Shown here: positions 17,407-27,315 of the stretch, one piece after another
Layout of the letters: every line of letters starts with the position of its first letter
Numbering within the stretch: position 1 is the stretch's first letter
NCBI GenBank assembly: GCA_046581765.1
Contig: JAYGFS010000338.1
Span: forward strand, 1-54,541
Source: Verrucomicrobiota bacterium
GTDB taxonomy: Bacteria > Verrucomicrobiota > Kiritimatiellia > SS1-B-03-39 > UBA6053
Direction: 5' to 3'
Length of the DNA stretch: 54,541 nucleotides
The notes under the pieces: model-generated
Told to the model about the DNA's origin: nothing
What the model saw: the letters and a program-made list of their open reading frames with translations, nothing else
Database searches by the model: none
Translations under genes and position numbers: made by a program

Positions 17407-19545
17407 TCAAAAAACCTTGTAGGGTGGTCGGTATTCAAACTGGATGTCGTTGTCACCCGGAGGGATACGCACCGCCATGTACGCCCCGTACGCGCGCACG
17501 ATCTTCACCGGTTCCCGGTTCAGCGTGCATTCCCACCAGGGATAATACAGGTTCGTGAAGACGAGAACCTTGGCGGACTCATTCTGCACGCGGAGCACCG
17601 CACGCTCCGGATCGTGCTCCACGAGTTCAAAGGCCTCCGCGGCGATATTGGTCTGTGCCATAACCCAGTCCACCACGTCCTGCTTGAGCACCATGACCTG
17701 GTTGGTCAAATCCGAAAGCTCCGCCTGGCCCAGGGCCGTGAACAAGGCTTCCTCCTCCTCGAAAGGACGGATTTCATGCGCGAGGAAGAAGCGATCGACC
17801 GCCGCAGGGTTCTCGTAGATATACATCGGCGCCCCGGGATTCTCCCCGCGGATGTAGCCCTTCACTTTCTCCTTCACCGATCTCGTCCACCAGGCTTCAC
17901 GATCGGCAGCCGTGATCGTCGGCGGCCGGAGCTCCAGTCTCGCATCCTGGATGGGCTTCTGGGAGAGGATGTATTTCACATTCCCCAGGGAGAGGAGATC
18001 CAGGTTGTACCAGTCCGCAAAAGGGATGGTCGGGATATTCGCATGCTCCGGCTTGGTCGAATGGAAAAGGTAGACCCGGCTGCCCCAGCGTTGAAAATGC
18101 CCGGTCAGGTATTCCGGTTCGGCCTCGACCAGGGGCCGTACCACCTCGTTCCAGTACGCCTGGTACCACTTGGGGTACATGACCACGTAGCCATCGGCGA
18201 GCTCGAGCCCGTTCGGCAGGGCGTAAAGCGGATGGTACGCATGATAGGTCCCCGCTGTCGCGCAGCGCACCGGGTGATCATCCAGGCTCTCGGCAAAAGC
18301 CTTGATCTCCGGATTGCCGTAGAGCGTCCGCCAGTTCTTTCCCGCCTGGCTCATCCCCGCCCAGTGCGTCTTCTTTTCCGCCAGGGAACGCCCGATACAT
18401 ACGCCACCCAGCAGCAACGAAAGAACCAGGCCCAGCTGGAGGAAGCCTTCCCGCTGCGGTTTATTCAGGCTGCGGACTCCGAGAGCGGCTGCACAGATCA
18501 AGGCCAGCGGCATCGTCCGGTCGAAGCGGGTGAAGTTGAATCCCTTGAACGGACCCAGTGCATCCCCCATGCTTTTGATCCCGGCCTCGATCAAGGGGCC
18601 GCCCAGCACGCCGATGCAGACAAAGACAAGGACCGCCACGTCAACCCGGTCGCGTTTGCGCCAGTCGAGAATCCAGATGCCGGTCAGCACGAGGGCACCC
18701 CACCAGGGCAGCAAGGCTGCAGGCTTCATCAACAGGAGTCGCTTGAAGGTCCAGTCGACGTTCAACCCGGCAAGCCAATCCGCACGATGCGAAAACGGCG
18801 CGTTGTGCAGCGTCGCCCAGATCCCGGGGATTCGAAGGAGCAGGCATCCCATACCGAAGACCGCCAGCAGGCCGGCGTAGCCCCAGAATTTTTTTCCCTC
18901 CCAGAGATCCTTGCGAAGAATCAGGGCGATCGAAACCGCCGTCGGCACAAAGAAGGGCATGCTTCCCATGGGATCCATGCCCAGGCTGAAGCACAGCCCG
19001 AGCCCAAACATCACCGCAATCATGTCCTTCCGCAGCGGGATCACGGTAAACACATAAAGCATCAGCGGAAAGCCCGGCTCGCTCAGGTTGTGCATCAGGC
19101 GCATCTCCCCGTACTCAAGCCCGATCAGTGAATACGCCATCCCGGCCACTACGGCGATAAGGCGTGGGACGTTCAGACATTGCTTGAGAAACAGGCAGGC
19201 AAAATAGCCCGCGACGAAACGCTGGACGAAGATGAACAGCCCATGTGCCAGCCAGACCGGCAGGGCCAGGCAGAACAAGCGGTGGAGGTTCACCCAGGCG
19301 GTGGTGGCAAAGCGATCCACCCCGCTCATCTCCGGCAGGAGCCCTGCCCCGAAGAGCCGACCCGGCGATTCGGTCAGCCAGCTGGAGACCGGGATAATCT
19401 GGTCGGCATTATCGTGGATATGCAGATAACTCAGGTCGCCCAGGACCCAGTACTCAACCGAGAGCCAGAGGCTCCAGGCGAGAAAGAAGGCCAGGGGATG
19501 CCGGGCGAACCAGTAAACGGTTGTTTGGATACTCTTGCGAATCAT
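17407..19545 (-). CDS. YfhO-like / GT-C superfamily integral membrane glycosyltransferase candidate
   Basis: 712 aa with many TM helices. Acidic loop LHIHDNADQIIPV. The C-terminal beta-rich tail YYPWWECTLNREPVKIVRAYGAYMAVRIPPGDNDIQFEYRPP resembles the YxPGW...G.h.v.f.Y.P tail of YfhO/ArnT-like proteins. Confidence 0.8.
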   Translation of the reverse strand: MIRKSIQTTVYWFARHPLAFFLAWSLWLSVEYWVLGDLSYLHIHDNADQIIPVSSWLTESPGRLFGAGLLPEMSGVDRFATTAWVNLHRLFCLALPVWLAHGLFIFVQRFVAGYFACLFLKQCLNVPRLIAVVAGMAYSLIGLEYGEMRLMHNLSEPGFPLMLYVFTVIPLRKDMIAVMFGLGLCFSLGMDPMGSMPFFVPTAVSIALILRKDLWEGKKFWGYAGLLAVFGMGCLLLRIPGIWATLHNAPFSHRADWLAGLNVDWTFKRLLLMKPAALLPWWGALVLTGIWILDWRKRDRVDVAVLVFVCIGVLGGPLIEAGIKSMGDALGPFKGFNFTRFDRTMPLALICAAALGVRSLNKPQREGFLQLGLVLSLLLGGVCIGRSLAEKKTHWAGMSQAGKNWRTLYGNPEIKAFAESLDDHPVRCATAGTYHAYHPLYALPNGLELADGYVVMYPKWYQAYWNEVVRPLVEAEPEYLTGHFQRWGSRVYLFHSTKPEHANIPTIPFADWYNLDLLSLGNVKYILSQKPIQDARLELRPPTITAADREAWWTRSVKEKVKGYIRGENPGAPMYIYENPAAVDRFFLAHEIRPFEEEEALFTALGQAELSDLTNQVMVLKQDVVDWVMAQTNIAAEAFELVEHDPERAVLRVQNESAKVLVFTNLYYPWWECTLNREPVKIVRAYGAYMAVRIPPGDNDIQFEYRPPYKVF

Positions 19546-19700
19546 GGATCGACGGGTTTAGTATGCGTAATTCCGGGATGTGTAAAGGGGATCGAGAGCC
19601 GGGGGCCGGGTTTTGAGGGTGATGATTCGGGTTTCAGGCACGGGAAGCCCGGTATCCACGACAGGCGCTGAAGGTTCGGGATCCTGGACGAAATGACCCA

Positions 19701-20570
19701 CTATGCATCCCCGTCCAGGTCCCGTCCCAGGATCCCCGACACCCGGTCGTTATGCGGCGCATACGTTTCCGCTAAACGCGCACGCGTGTCCACGTTCATC
19801 ACGGGCTTCGGCTTCTGCTGCTGGTTCCAGACCTGTAGCCAGTTCCCCATCCGCTCTACGCCCAGGACACGCAGGGTCTCCTGCACCGGCTTTAACCCGG
19901 GCCGGGTACGAAAATAATCGCGGGTGCCGCCAATGGCATCGCGCATCCAGCGGAATCTCGGTTCGCGACGTTCGTTCACGCGCGCGTACAAACTCGGGGC
20001 TTCGAAGTCGGGATCGACGCCGATGTAGGTGAAGGCATCGCGCAAAAACCGGGCCGGGTCGGCGTGTAGATCCTCAAAAAACATGAAATGAATCTGCTGC
20101 GGGGGAAACAGGGCCTGGAAACGGGCGATATGCTCATCGTAAAAACCGTAGCTGATGAAGTCGGGATATTCTTTCAACAGGCCCTCGAAGGTATCGGGTA
20201 CGACGTATTGCTTGGTCAATTCGTAGTAGAACGAAAATAATGCATCGATTGGATTGCGCAGGGCGATGAGGAGCTTGACCCCTGGGTTGTGATCGTAAAT
20301 CAATTGCGGCGATGCGGGGTCGACCAGGTAGGCCACGCTGTACTCGCCGATCACCTGCCCTTCCTGCGGGGTCTCAAAGTGGGCACGCAACCACTCGGAA
20401 CCCTGGTCGTAGTGCATCGGGCTCGGCGGCCAGACATGTTTCCGGCCAAAGAAGTTCAACTCCTTCGGCTCTGACATGCACACACCGGGATGCTCTTTCA
20501 GGCACTGGCCCAGCCATGTGGTCCCCGCCTTCGCCGCGCCGACGCCGATAAAATCGAGGGTGAAGCTCAC
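19701..20570 (-). CDS. PAPS-dependent sulfotransferase
   Basis: 289 aa. 5'-PSB loop FIGVGAAKAGTTWL and 3'-PB motif ALRNPIDALFSFY. The GTG start forms a GTGA overlap with the upstream stop at 20567..20570. Confidence 0.85.
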   Translation of the reverse strand: MSFTLDFIGVGAAKAGTTWLGQCLKEHPGVCMSEPKELNFFGRKHVWPPSPMHYDQGSEWLRAHFETPQEGQVIGEYSVAYLVDPASPQLIYDHNPGVKLLIALRNPIDALFSFYYELTKQYVVPDTFEGLLKEYPDFISYGFYDEHIARFQALFPPQQIHFMFFEDLHADPARFLRDAFTYIGVDPDFEAPSLYARVNERREPRFRWMRDAIGGTRDYFRTRPGLKPVQETLRVLGVERMGNWLQVWNQQQKPKPVMNVDTRARLAETYAPHNDRVSGILGRDLDGDA

Positions 20571-21688
20571 GTGGCAGATTCCTCCAGGAGACCGAGCAGT
20601 TTCCGGGCGCTTCGCTCCCAGCTGAAATGCTCCAATCGCAGCCGGCCCTTCTCAATGAAGCGTGTTCGCAGGGCTGCGTCCAGGGCCAATTCCAGCATGG
20701 CCTCCGCCAGGGCCCCTGTATCCAGCGGATCCACGACCCGGGCGGCGTCGCCAACGACCTCCGGGAGAGACGAAGCGGCTGAGCTGATGACCGGGCAATC
20801 ACAGGCGAAAGCTTCCAGGGGTGGAATCCCGAAGCCTTCATACAGGGACGGGAACACAAAGACCTCTGCGGCGTTGTACAGCGCGACCAGGTCCTTACCC
20901 GGCACCAGGCCGAGCACGCGGAAGCGATCCTGCAACCCGTACTGCTCGATCAGGTCCGCGTGATCCACCATCAGCATATCCCCGCCGCCGGTGACGATTA
21001 AATCATGCGGCACCCGGTCCTTGATCCGGCCGAAAGCCTCGAGCATGCGGCGGCTGTTCTTGCGGGGGGAAAGGGTGCCGGCATAAAAGAAGAAGGGCTG
21101 CGCAAGCTGGTACTTTTCCCGGACATCGCCCACCGGGCCCTCCGGCAGCACCCGGAACTCAGGCCCCTGCGCGAGGTGTACCGTACTCAGCTTGTCCGGC
21201 GAGGTGCCGAGCACCCGGGTCGCATCCCGGGCGGTCCAATCGGATATCACCATGACTTTTTTCGCGCGGCGAACCGAGCGGGGAATGAAGTGCCGCATAT
21301 ACAGGGTGTCCAGGCGTGCATACTCGACCACCGGAAAGGCCGGGTCCCTGAAATACAAAAGATCCAGCACGGTCAGGACCGCCGGACGGCGAACCCCCAT
21401 GCCCATCACGTTGTGCGGGAACCAGGTGACGTCGGGTCGGTCCTTCTTGATCACCCGGGGCACCGCCAGGTGATCAAAGATAAACTTGTGCGGGGCGGGC
21501 AGAAACTTTTCCTCGGCACTCGGATGCATGCCCATCAACGATTCATCCGCGTAGTAGATGGTGAAGCGGTGTGGCGTATCCAGGGCGAGCAGGCTGCGCA
21601 CCATGGAACGGCTGTACTCGCGGACGCCGCCGACCGGGTGACTCAGCGCGCGGCCGACGATGGCAATCTGTAGGTTTTTGCTGCTCAA
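20567..21688 (-). CDS. glycosyltransferase family 4 (GT-B)
   Basis: 373 aa. The C-terminal GT1-domain signature is FVFPSLYEGFGIPPLEAFACDCPVISS. The start codon at 21686..21688 is TTG. Confidence 0.88.
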   Translation of the reverse strand: MSSKNLQIAIVGRALSHPVGGVREYSRSMVRSLLALDTPHRFTIYYADESLMGMHPSAEEKFLPAPHKFIFDHLAVPRVIKKDRPDVTWFPHNVMGMGVRRPAVLTVLDLLYFRDPAFPVVEYARLDTLYMRHFIPRSVRRAKKVMVISDWTARDATRVLGTSPDKLSTVHLAQGPEFRVLPEGPVGDVREKYQLAQPFFFYAGTLSPRKNSRRMLEAFGRIKDRVPHDLIVTGGGDMLMVDHADLIEQYGLQDRFRVLGLVPGKDLVALYNAAEVFVFPSLYEGFGIPPLEAFACDCPVISSAASSLPEVVGDAARVVDPLDTGALAEAMLELALDAALRTRFIEKGRLRLEHFSWERSARKLLGLLEESAT

Positions 21689-21748
21689 TGTTCGCTGCTC
21701 AGTGGACGGTTGGACCGGGGATGGACAGGGCTGCCGGTTTCCCCGGCT

Positions 21749-22897
21749 TCACTTGGATTCGATAATTTCCCGACAGAGATCGAGGTAGGTCTGGGAAACG
21801 GCTTCCCAGCTGAATTGCTCGGCGATGGTTCGGCTGCGCCGGGCCATCTCGACCCGACCCGCCTCGTCTGCAAGCATGTCCTGCATCGCGACCTGCAAAC
21901 CGTCGATATCCGCCCATTGAATGATGCTCCCATTGCCTTTGACCAACTCGGCGGTGCCACCCGCATCGGTCACAATCACGGGCAGGCCGGAAGCCATGGC
22001 TTCCAGCAGGCCCAGCGACATGCCTTCGCTCATGGACGGCAGGACAAAAATATCCGCCTCGCGATAGGCCGCCGGCATATCCTCCAAGGCAACGGTTCCC
22101 CGGAAATCCACGCGGTCGACGACATCAAACCGCCTCGCCAACTCGCGCAAATGCGGTTCTGCATCGCCGGTGCCGACCAGGCTCAGCTTCAACTGTTTCC
22201 CCTCCGGTGGCACAAGCCGGGAGAAGGCCTCGATGAGAAAATGTTGCCCCTTGCGCTCGATCAGGCGCCCCACGCAGGTGAAATGAATTTCCCCCGTGTC
22301 CCGTGCCTGTTCCGGCGGATGGAAGGCCTTCGCGTCCACCCCGTTATTGATCATCGGGATCTCCATCCCGGGCATGAAGGCATGCGCGAGGGCCAGGTGT
22401 TCCTCGCTGATTGCAGTCACCCGTGCGGCGGCGGTCCAGATGCGGCGGAGCAGGGGCTTCAAGAAGGGGTAGATAGTTTTGTACCGCGTTTCAAAGCCGG
22501 GAATATCCGCGCCTTCCAGGATCACGATGAAAGGAAACCCGCCTTTCCTGCTCAGGCGCCAGGCAACGGCCCCGGCGGGCACACCGTGAAAACCGATAGC
22601 GATATCATAGCGCTCCAGATCGAGTTCTCTTTGTGCATAGGCATAGGCCCTGCGCACATAGCGCAGCAATTCCCCGTTCGTCGCGTGATGGATGTTCCGG
22701 TTATCCACCGGGACCTTGTGCAGGGTGATGTTCTCCGAGAAGGATTCCCGCTCATAATCATTCCTGGTCCGCGAGGACGTTACCAGGTCCACCTCCAGGC
22801 CAGGGATGGTTTCCCAGACCTTGAAGATGTTGTAGTTCTTGATCGCGGTGCCGCCCCCGAGCGGGGGAAATTCATTGTTGAAAACCAGGATACGCAT
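21749..22897 (-). CDS. glycosyltransferase family 4 (GT-B)
   Basis: Trimmed to the ATG at 22895..22897 (MRILVFNNEFPPLGGGTA...), 1 nt after the upstream TAA. Signature FVLPSMSEGMSLGLLEAMASGLPVIVTDAGG. Confidence 0.88.
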   Translation of the reverse strand: MRILVFNNEFPPLGGGTAIKNYNIFKVWETIPGLEVDLVTSSRTRNDYERESFSENITLHKVPVDNRNIHHATNGELLRYVRRAYAYAQRELDLERYDIAIGFHGVPAGAVAWRLSRKGGFPFIVILEGADIPGFETRYKTIYPFLKPLLRRIWTAAARVTAISEEHLALAHAFMPGMEIPMINNGVDAKAFHPPEQARDTGEIHFTCVGRLIERKGQHFLIEAFSRLVPPEGKQLKLSLVGTGDAEPHLRELARRFDVVDRVDFRGTVALEDMPAAYREADIFVLPSMSEGMSLGLLEAMASGLPVIVTDAGGTAELVKGNGSIIQWADIDGLQVAMQDMLADEAGRVEMARRSRTIAEQFSWEAVSQTYLDLCREIIESK

Positions 22898-22898
22898 A

Positions 22899-25043
22899 TT
22901 AAAACGCCTCCTCAATCGTGAGCACCTTGCCGCTTGGATCGAGGGCCTGTTCCTCGGCCCCGTACAGGGCACGGCCCGGAAGGCCGGTTTCCATGTAGGC
23001 CGCACGCAGGAATACCGCCACCGGAACGATCGCCCAGACCAGGACGCATACCGCGAGCGAGCGCTTGCGGTGCAGGGAAAGGATCCCGGCAAGCGCGATG
23101 GGCACGAGCAGGAGACTCAACACCGTGCTCAGCACCAGGATCAGCGGTCGAAAAAGTAACTCGATCTTCGTCTCCCCGGCACCGGCTTCGAGCACGATGA
23201 AATGTGAGAAGGCCCCCTTGCCCCTGCGCATCGGCACGTTGGATTTCCACAACGGGAAGAAGGTCCCGAAGTACAGTACCGGTGCCGCCTTTTCCTGGTT
23301 CACGGTCAACTGCAATTCGTTTGGGCCGAAACGATCGAGCTTCAACGTGGCTTCTCCATTCGAGGCAAAGCGCGTGGCGGGAAACCGTGCCGTCTTCGGC
23401 ACGTGCTTCGCGTAGGCTTGATTCGCAGGATGCTCGGCCAGCATTTCCCCCTTCGGATGCAACATGCGCGTCGGGTCACCCTGGAAGGGAGTCATGCGCT
23501 CCAGTATCCCGTCCGGAAAAGAATCTGCCGGGCCGCGCATGCCATGCGGGGATGGATCCGGTCTCAACCAGGTGGCATACTGCGCATAGGCCGTGACGAA
23601 GATGACGACGAGTACCAGGAGGGACAAAAGCTGTGGGACGAGGCCACGGAAACGCAGGAACAATACCGCCGCAAGCCCCCCTCCCAGGCAGAGCCAGACA
23701 AAGGGGCTCAGCGAGGCATCCATGGAAATATTTTCCATCGCGTAAGGCGTATACGAAGAGCCGGTAAAGGGCTCCACCAGGAATCCGCGCACGAGATAGG
23801 CGCTCATCAAGGCCACGGGCAGGAGGAACCAGACCGCCCGCCGGCGATCCTGCTGCAACCACTCGACCCCATGGCTCACAAACCACGTTAACCCAACCAA
23901 TGTCATCCAGTTATGCCTGCCCTGTATGCGGAATCCCGAGAAGCCCGGGAGGTATTCGTAAAGAAACTTGAAGGTATATCCCTGCAGGCCACGGGATATA
24001 TCCGCCATGAGAATGACCCCGATCAGCAGGGCGAGGCTCAGCCGACGTTGACCGCGCGGGATCAGTACCGCCACGCCCCCGGCACCGGCCAGGAGCAGGA
24101 ACACCGGTATAAAATAGGCACTCGCCTGCACGTCGATGGAATAGGGCTGGGCAAACATCGTGATGTACGAATAGGCCAGGGGAAACGAAGCCGCCCAGGT
24201 GATATCATTCCCCGTGCGTTCAGGTGCATTTGCCAGGTCGGCCAGCAGGCCGATTATCGTCGGGAGGGCGACCAGTGCTGCCAGCAGCCCCGCCCCGGCC
24301 AGGTAGCCGAGGCATTTGAAGCTGCGCAAGGTGAACAGCCCGACCACCGCCGTGAAGAGCACCCCGGAATACGGAAGATGCGGATAGCCCGCGCAGAGTG
24401 CCATCCCGAGGCTCAGGCCGAGCCCCAGGGTCCAGGCCATGGCCTCCTTCCGGCTTTCCGCGAAGTCATGCTTCGAGCGGGTCGTGAGCATCAGGGTGCA
24501 GAGCAGCACCCATGGCATCCAGGAAAAGCTCTCGATCGTATTCGCGTATTGAACCGATTCGTTGAAGCGTTGATTCAATAAGACCAGGGAGGCCCCGAGC
24601 ACCGCCGCAGGCGGATGCACCCGCCCGAGCCTGCGCAACAACGCGTAGATCCCACCCAGGCCCCAGGACATGTGCAGGGCAATCTGCAGGTACTCCGCGT
24701 AATAATTCCATAGGCCACCCTTGAGGAAAGCTGCGTTCAGCCACCAGCCCGGCGGATAGCCCAGGTTCGCGCCGCGATACCCCAGTTGCATCACGCCGAA
24801 ACGTTCCAGTGGATTCCACAGCGGCAGGATTCCGTGACTGAGATAATACGCATTGAACTGGGTCCACCAGATACGGTTGCCGTAGAAGTCGTTGCCGTAA
24901 TGCTTGCCGAGCCCGAAAGGCTCGGGAAGTAAAACCACCGCCAGGTAGACGAAGGGCAAGGCAATCAAGGCGGTGATCCATGCGATTTCGCCCCGTCTCG
25001 CCTTAGGCGTGGAAACTTCAAAAGGTATTTCAGCTTCGGACAT
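22899..25043 (-). CDS. YfhO-like / GT-C superfamily integral membrane glycosyltransferase candidate
   Basis: 714 aa and highly hydrophobic. First-loop motif HYGNDFYGNRIWWTQFNAYYL. The extracytoplasmic C-terminal domain ends FFPLWKSNVPMRRGKGAFSHFIVLEAGAGETKIELLFRP and is followed by a terminal TM region. Confidence 0.8.
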   Translation of the reverse strand: MSEAEIPFEVSTPKARRGEIAWITALIALPFVYLAVVLLPEPFGLGKHYGNDFYGNRIWWTQFNAYYLSHGILPLWNPLERFGVMQLGYRGANLGYPPGWWLNAAFLKGGLWNYYAEYLQIALHMSWGLGGIYALLRRLGRVHPPAAVLGASLVLLNQRFNESVQYANTIESFSWMPWVLLCTLMLTTRSKHDFAESRKEAMAWTLGLGLSLGMALCAGYPHLPYSGVLFTAVVGLFTLRSFKCLGYLAGAGLLAALVALPTIIGLLADLANAPERTGNDITWAASFPLAYSYITMFAQPYSIDVQASAYFIPVFLLLAGAGGVAVLIPRGQRRLSLALLIGVILMADISRGLQGYTFKFLYEYLPGFSGFRIQGRHNWMTLVGLTWFVSHGVEWLQQDRRRAVWFLLPVALMSAYLVRGFLVEPFTGSSYTPYAMENISMDASLSPFVWLCLGGGLAAVLFLRFRGLVPQLLSLLVLVVIFVTAYAQYATWLRPDPSPHGMRGPADSFPDGILERMTPFQGDPTRMLHPKGEMLAEHPANQAYAKHVPKTARFPATRFASNGEATLKLDRFGPNELQLTVNQEKAAPVLYFGTFFPLWKSNVPMRRGKGAFSHFIVLEAGAGETKIELLFRPLILVLSTVLSLLLVPIALAGILSLHRKRSLAVCVLVWAIVPVAVFLRAAYMETGLPGRALYGAEEQALDPSGKVLTIEEAF

Positions 25044-25078
25044 GAATCACGTACCGGAGAACAGCCCGGCCACAGGAA

Positions 25079-26368
25079 CTATTTTAAAGACCCAAGCAGG
25101 GGCCTGAGTTGCGCGGCAATCACCTCCGCGGCTTTCGCACAGCCTGCAGGTTTAAAGTGGCAATCGTCATACATCATTTCCAGGGTCTTGGGCACCTCGG
25201 CGGCGAGATCGATCACCAACACCCCTTCCGCCTCGGCCGTGTCGACCAGCACCTGGTTAAATCGCCCCATCGCCTGCTCCAGCACCGGCGTGCGGTACGC
25301 CTCCGTGCGGGTCTGTACGCAGAGCAACTCCTCCAGCTCGGGCGGCATGGGCGATTGCCAGGTCGTCGGCTGGGTCATCAGCACCGGCACAACGCCTTGC
25401 ACTTTCGCGGCCGAGATCAAGGTGCGGATATCGGACCGATAACGCGCAAGGGACGAATCGAAATCGTCCGGCAAGGCGTCGAGTCCCCCGGCGGCAAGCT
25501 TGCGCTGGCGCGCGGCGCGGATATCGGCAATTTTCTGGTCGTAGTTTTCTACCACGCTGCCCTGGTTGATTTGCTGACGAAGGGACCACCACTCCTTGAA
25601 CCTGCGCACCATCCACAGGCGGCGATAATACAAGCCGCCAACTTTTTCGTTAAACAAGAGGCTGTCCCCTTCAATCCGGGCCATGCGCTGGTCGTAGTCC
25701 TCGCGAAAGGCGCGCCCGAGATCGTTGATCCCAGCCAGGATGAGGACGAACTGGAAGTCCTTGATAAAGGTGTAGTTTTCAACCTGATAGGTATGGTTGG
25801 GCATAAAATGCCCGCTGCGACCGGCATTCCCGACGACCACCCCCTGGTCTGCCAATCGTTCATGAAGCTGCCACGGCCAACTTTCCACGTCGGTTACGGC
25901 ACGACATTCCGTGGTACTTCCGCCGATGCACAAGACGGCCTTTCCCGCGGGAAGCTTAAAGTCAGGGGCCCGAACGCCATAGCGATTGACGGTAAAAACC
26001 GCACGAACATCCTCACCCGGGATGGCTTCCTTCAACTCGAGCACGGTCTGCCCTGGATAGTGTGGAAGCCACTGGTCCACCGGGATATGCGGATCGGAGG
26101 CCCGGCCGAAAAACTCGACCAGTACCAAGCCGAGAAGGACGGGATACACGACGGAGATCAGTCGAAAAGTCCGCGTACGATTGACGGTGATAAGGAAGCC
26201 ACCGACCACGTAGGCGAGCAGGAGGACGATGCCGGCAACATCGAGCCGGCCGAGTGCCAGGGGACGCTCGGTGATACACCCGTGAACCAGCAGGACAACA
26301 TGAATCGCGGCAGGCAGGAGATAAAGCATCCAGCGAGCGCGGCGTTCAATGACAGCATCGGTGGTCAC
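25079..26368 (-). CDS. membrane-anchored SGNH/GDSL-family hydrolase
   Basis: Block I is VLCIGGSTTE, block III is LILAGINDL and block V is DDCHF. There are N-terminal TM helices. The start was set at the GTG 26366..26368 (GTGA overlap with the upstream TGA). The ATG at 26329 is an alternative. Confidence 0.75.
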   Translation of the reverse strand: MTTDAVIERRARWMLYLLPAAIHVVLLVHGCITERPLALGRLDVAGIVLLLAYVVGGFLITVNRTRTFRLISVVYPVLLGLVLVEFFGRASDPHIPVDQWLPHYPGQTVLELKEAIPGEDVRAVFTVNRYGVRAPDFKLPAGKAVLCIGGSTTECRAVTDVESWPWQLHERLADQGVVVGNAGRSGHFMPNHTYQVENYTFIKDFQFVLILAGINDLGRAFREDYDQRMARIEGDSLLFNEKVGGLYYRRLWMVRRFKEWWSLRQQINQGSVVENYDQKIADIRAARQRKLAAGGLDALPDDFDSSLARYRSDIRTLISAAKVQGVVPVLMTQPTTWQSPMPPELEELLCVQTRTEAYRTPVLEQAMGRFNQVLVDTAEAEGVLVIDLAAEVPKTLEMMYDDCHFKPAGCAKAAEVIAAQLRPLLGSLK

Positions 26369-27315
26369 GAATCCTTGCGGTTGATCTCTTCGTTCACGAT
26401 GTAAAGCGGGCGGCGGCGAACGTCGCTGTAAATCCGGCCGATGTACTCCCCGATAATCCAGAGGAGGATGAATTGCGCTCCGACAAACCCGAACAGGATG
26501 ACCACCAGCCACTTGTAGAGTTCATATTTGGCCGCGGGGGGACCAAAGACGGTGTCACAAACCATGTAGCCAAGGAAGATCATCGAGATGAGGATGCTGG
26601 TGATGCCGACCCACAGGCCGATCTTGAGCGGGGTAAACGAAAAGTTGAGGATGCCATCCATGGCCAGCTTGAACATTTTCCTGAAGGGGTAATGCGTTTC
26701 CCCGTGCAGGCGATCCGGACGATCGAAGTTGACGAAATCATGCTTGAACCCCAACCAGGCGACCATGCCGCGCAGGTACCGCGCGTGCTCATCGAGGCGG
26801 GTAAGGTTCTCGAGCACGATGCGATCGATGAGCCGGAAGTCGCCTACCTGGCGGGGGATGTCCACGTCCGACATCCCGGAGAGGATCCGATAATAGAGAT
26901 CGGCGGTCCATTTCTTGAGGGCCTTGTCGCTGCGGGACACCCGGCGGGCATAAACGATTTGATTCCCCTCTTCCCACTTGGCCACCAGCTTGGGAATGAC
27001 CTCCACCGGGTCTTGAAAATCGGTATCCATGGTGATGACCGCATCGCCAAGGGCGCGTTCCATACCCGCGGTGAGCGCGGCCTGGTGGCCGAAGTTTCGA
27101 CTGAAGCTAGTGACCCGAACCTTGTCATGCTGAGCGGCGATGGCCTTGACCCGCGCGAGGGTCTGGTCACGGCTGCCGTCATCGACGAAAATAAACTCGA
27201 CCTCGTAGGCCGAGAGCGATGCCTCCGCCATGGTATGCAAGGCCTCAAAGAAGGGCAGCACGTTGTCTTCCTCGTTAAAGACGGGAAGCACGAGGGATAG
27301 GCACTTCCTGCTCAT
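26365..27315 (-). CDS. polyprenyl-phosphate glycosyltransferase (GT2, GtrB/CsbB-like)
   Basis: 316 aa. LSLVLPVFNEEDNVLPFFEAL...FIFVDDGSRDQT...FSRNFGHQAALTAGM...TMDTDFQDP is present, plus two C-terminal TM helices. The junction with the upstream gene is ATGA. Confidence 0.92.
   Translation of the reverse strand: MSRKCLSLVLPVFNEEDNVLPFFEALHTMAEASLSAYEVEFIFVDDGSRDQTLARVKAIAAQHDKVRVTSFSRNFGHQAALTAGMERALGDAVITMDTDFQDPVEVIPKLVAKWEEGNQIVYARRVSRSDKALKKWTADLYYRILSGMSDVDIPRQVGDFRLIDRIVLENLTRLDEHARYLRGMVAWLGFKHDFVNFDRPDRLHGETHYPFRKMFKLAMDGILNFSFTPLKIGLWVGITSILISMIFLGYMVCDTVFGPPAAKYELYKWLVVILFGFVGAQFILLWIIGEYIGRIYSDVRRRPLYIVNEEINRKDS

Noticed and set aside
21689-21748. GCCGG-TTTCC-CCGGC hairpin in the 60-nt gap between two GT4 genes, as an internal terminator.
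   Set aside because: It has only a 5-bp stem and no T-tract on the minus strand. This is more likely an incidental GC-rich sequence.
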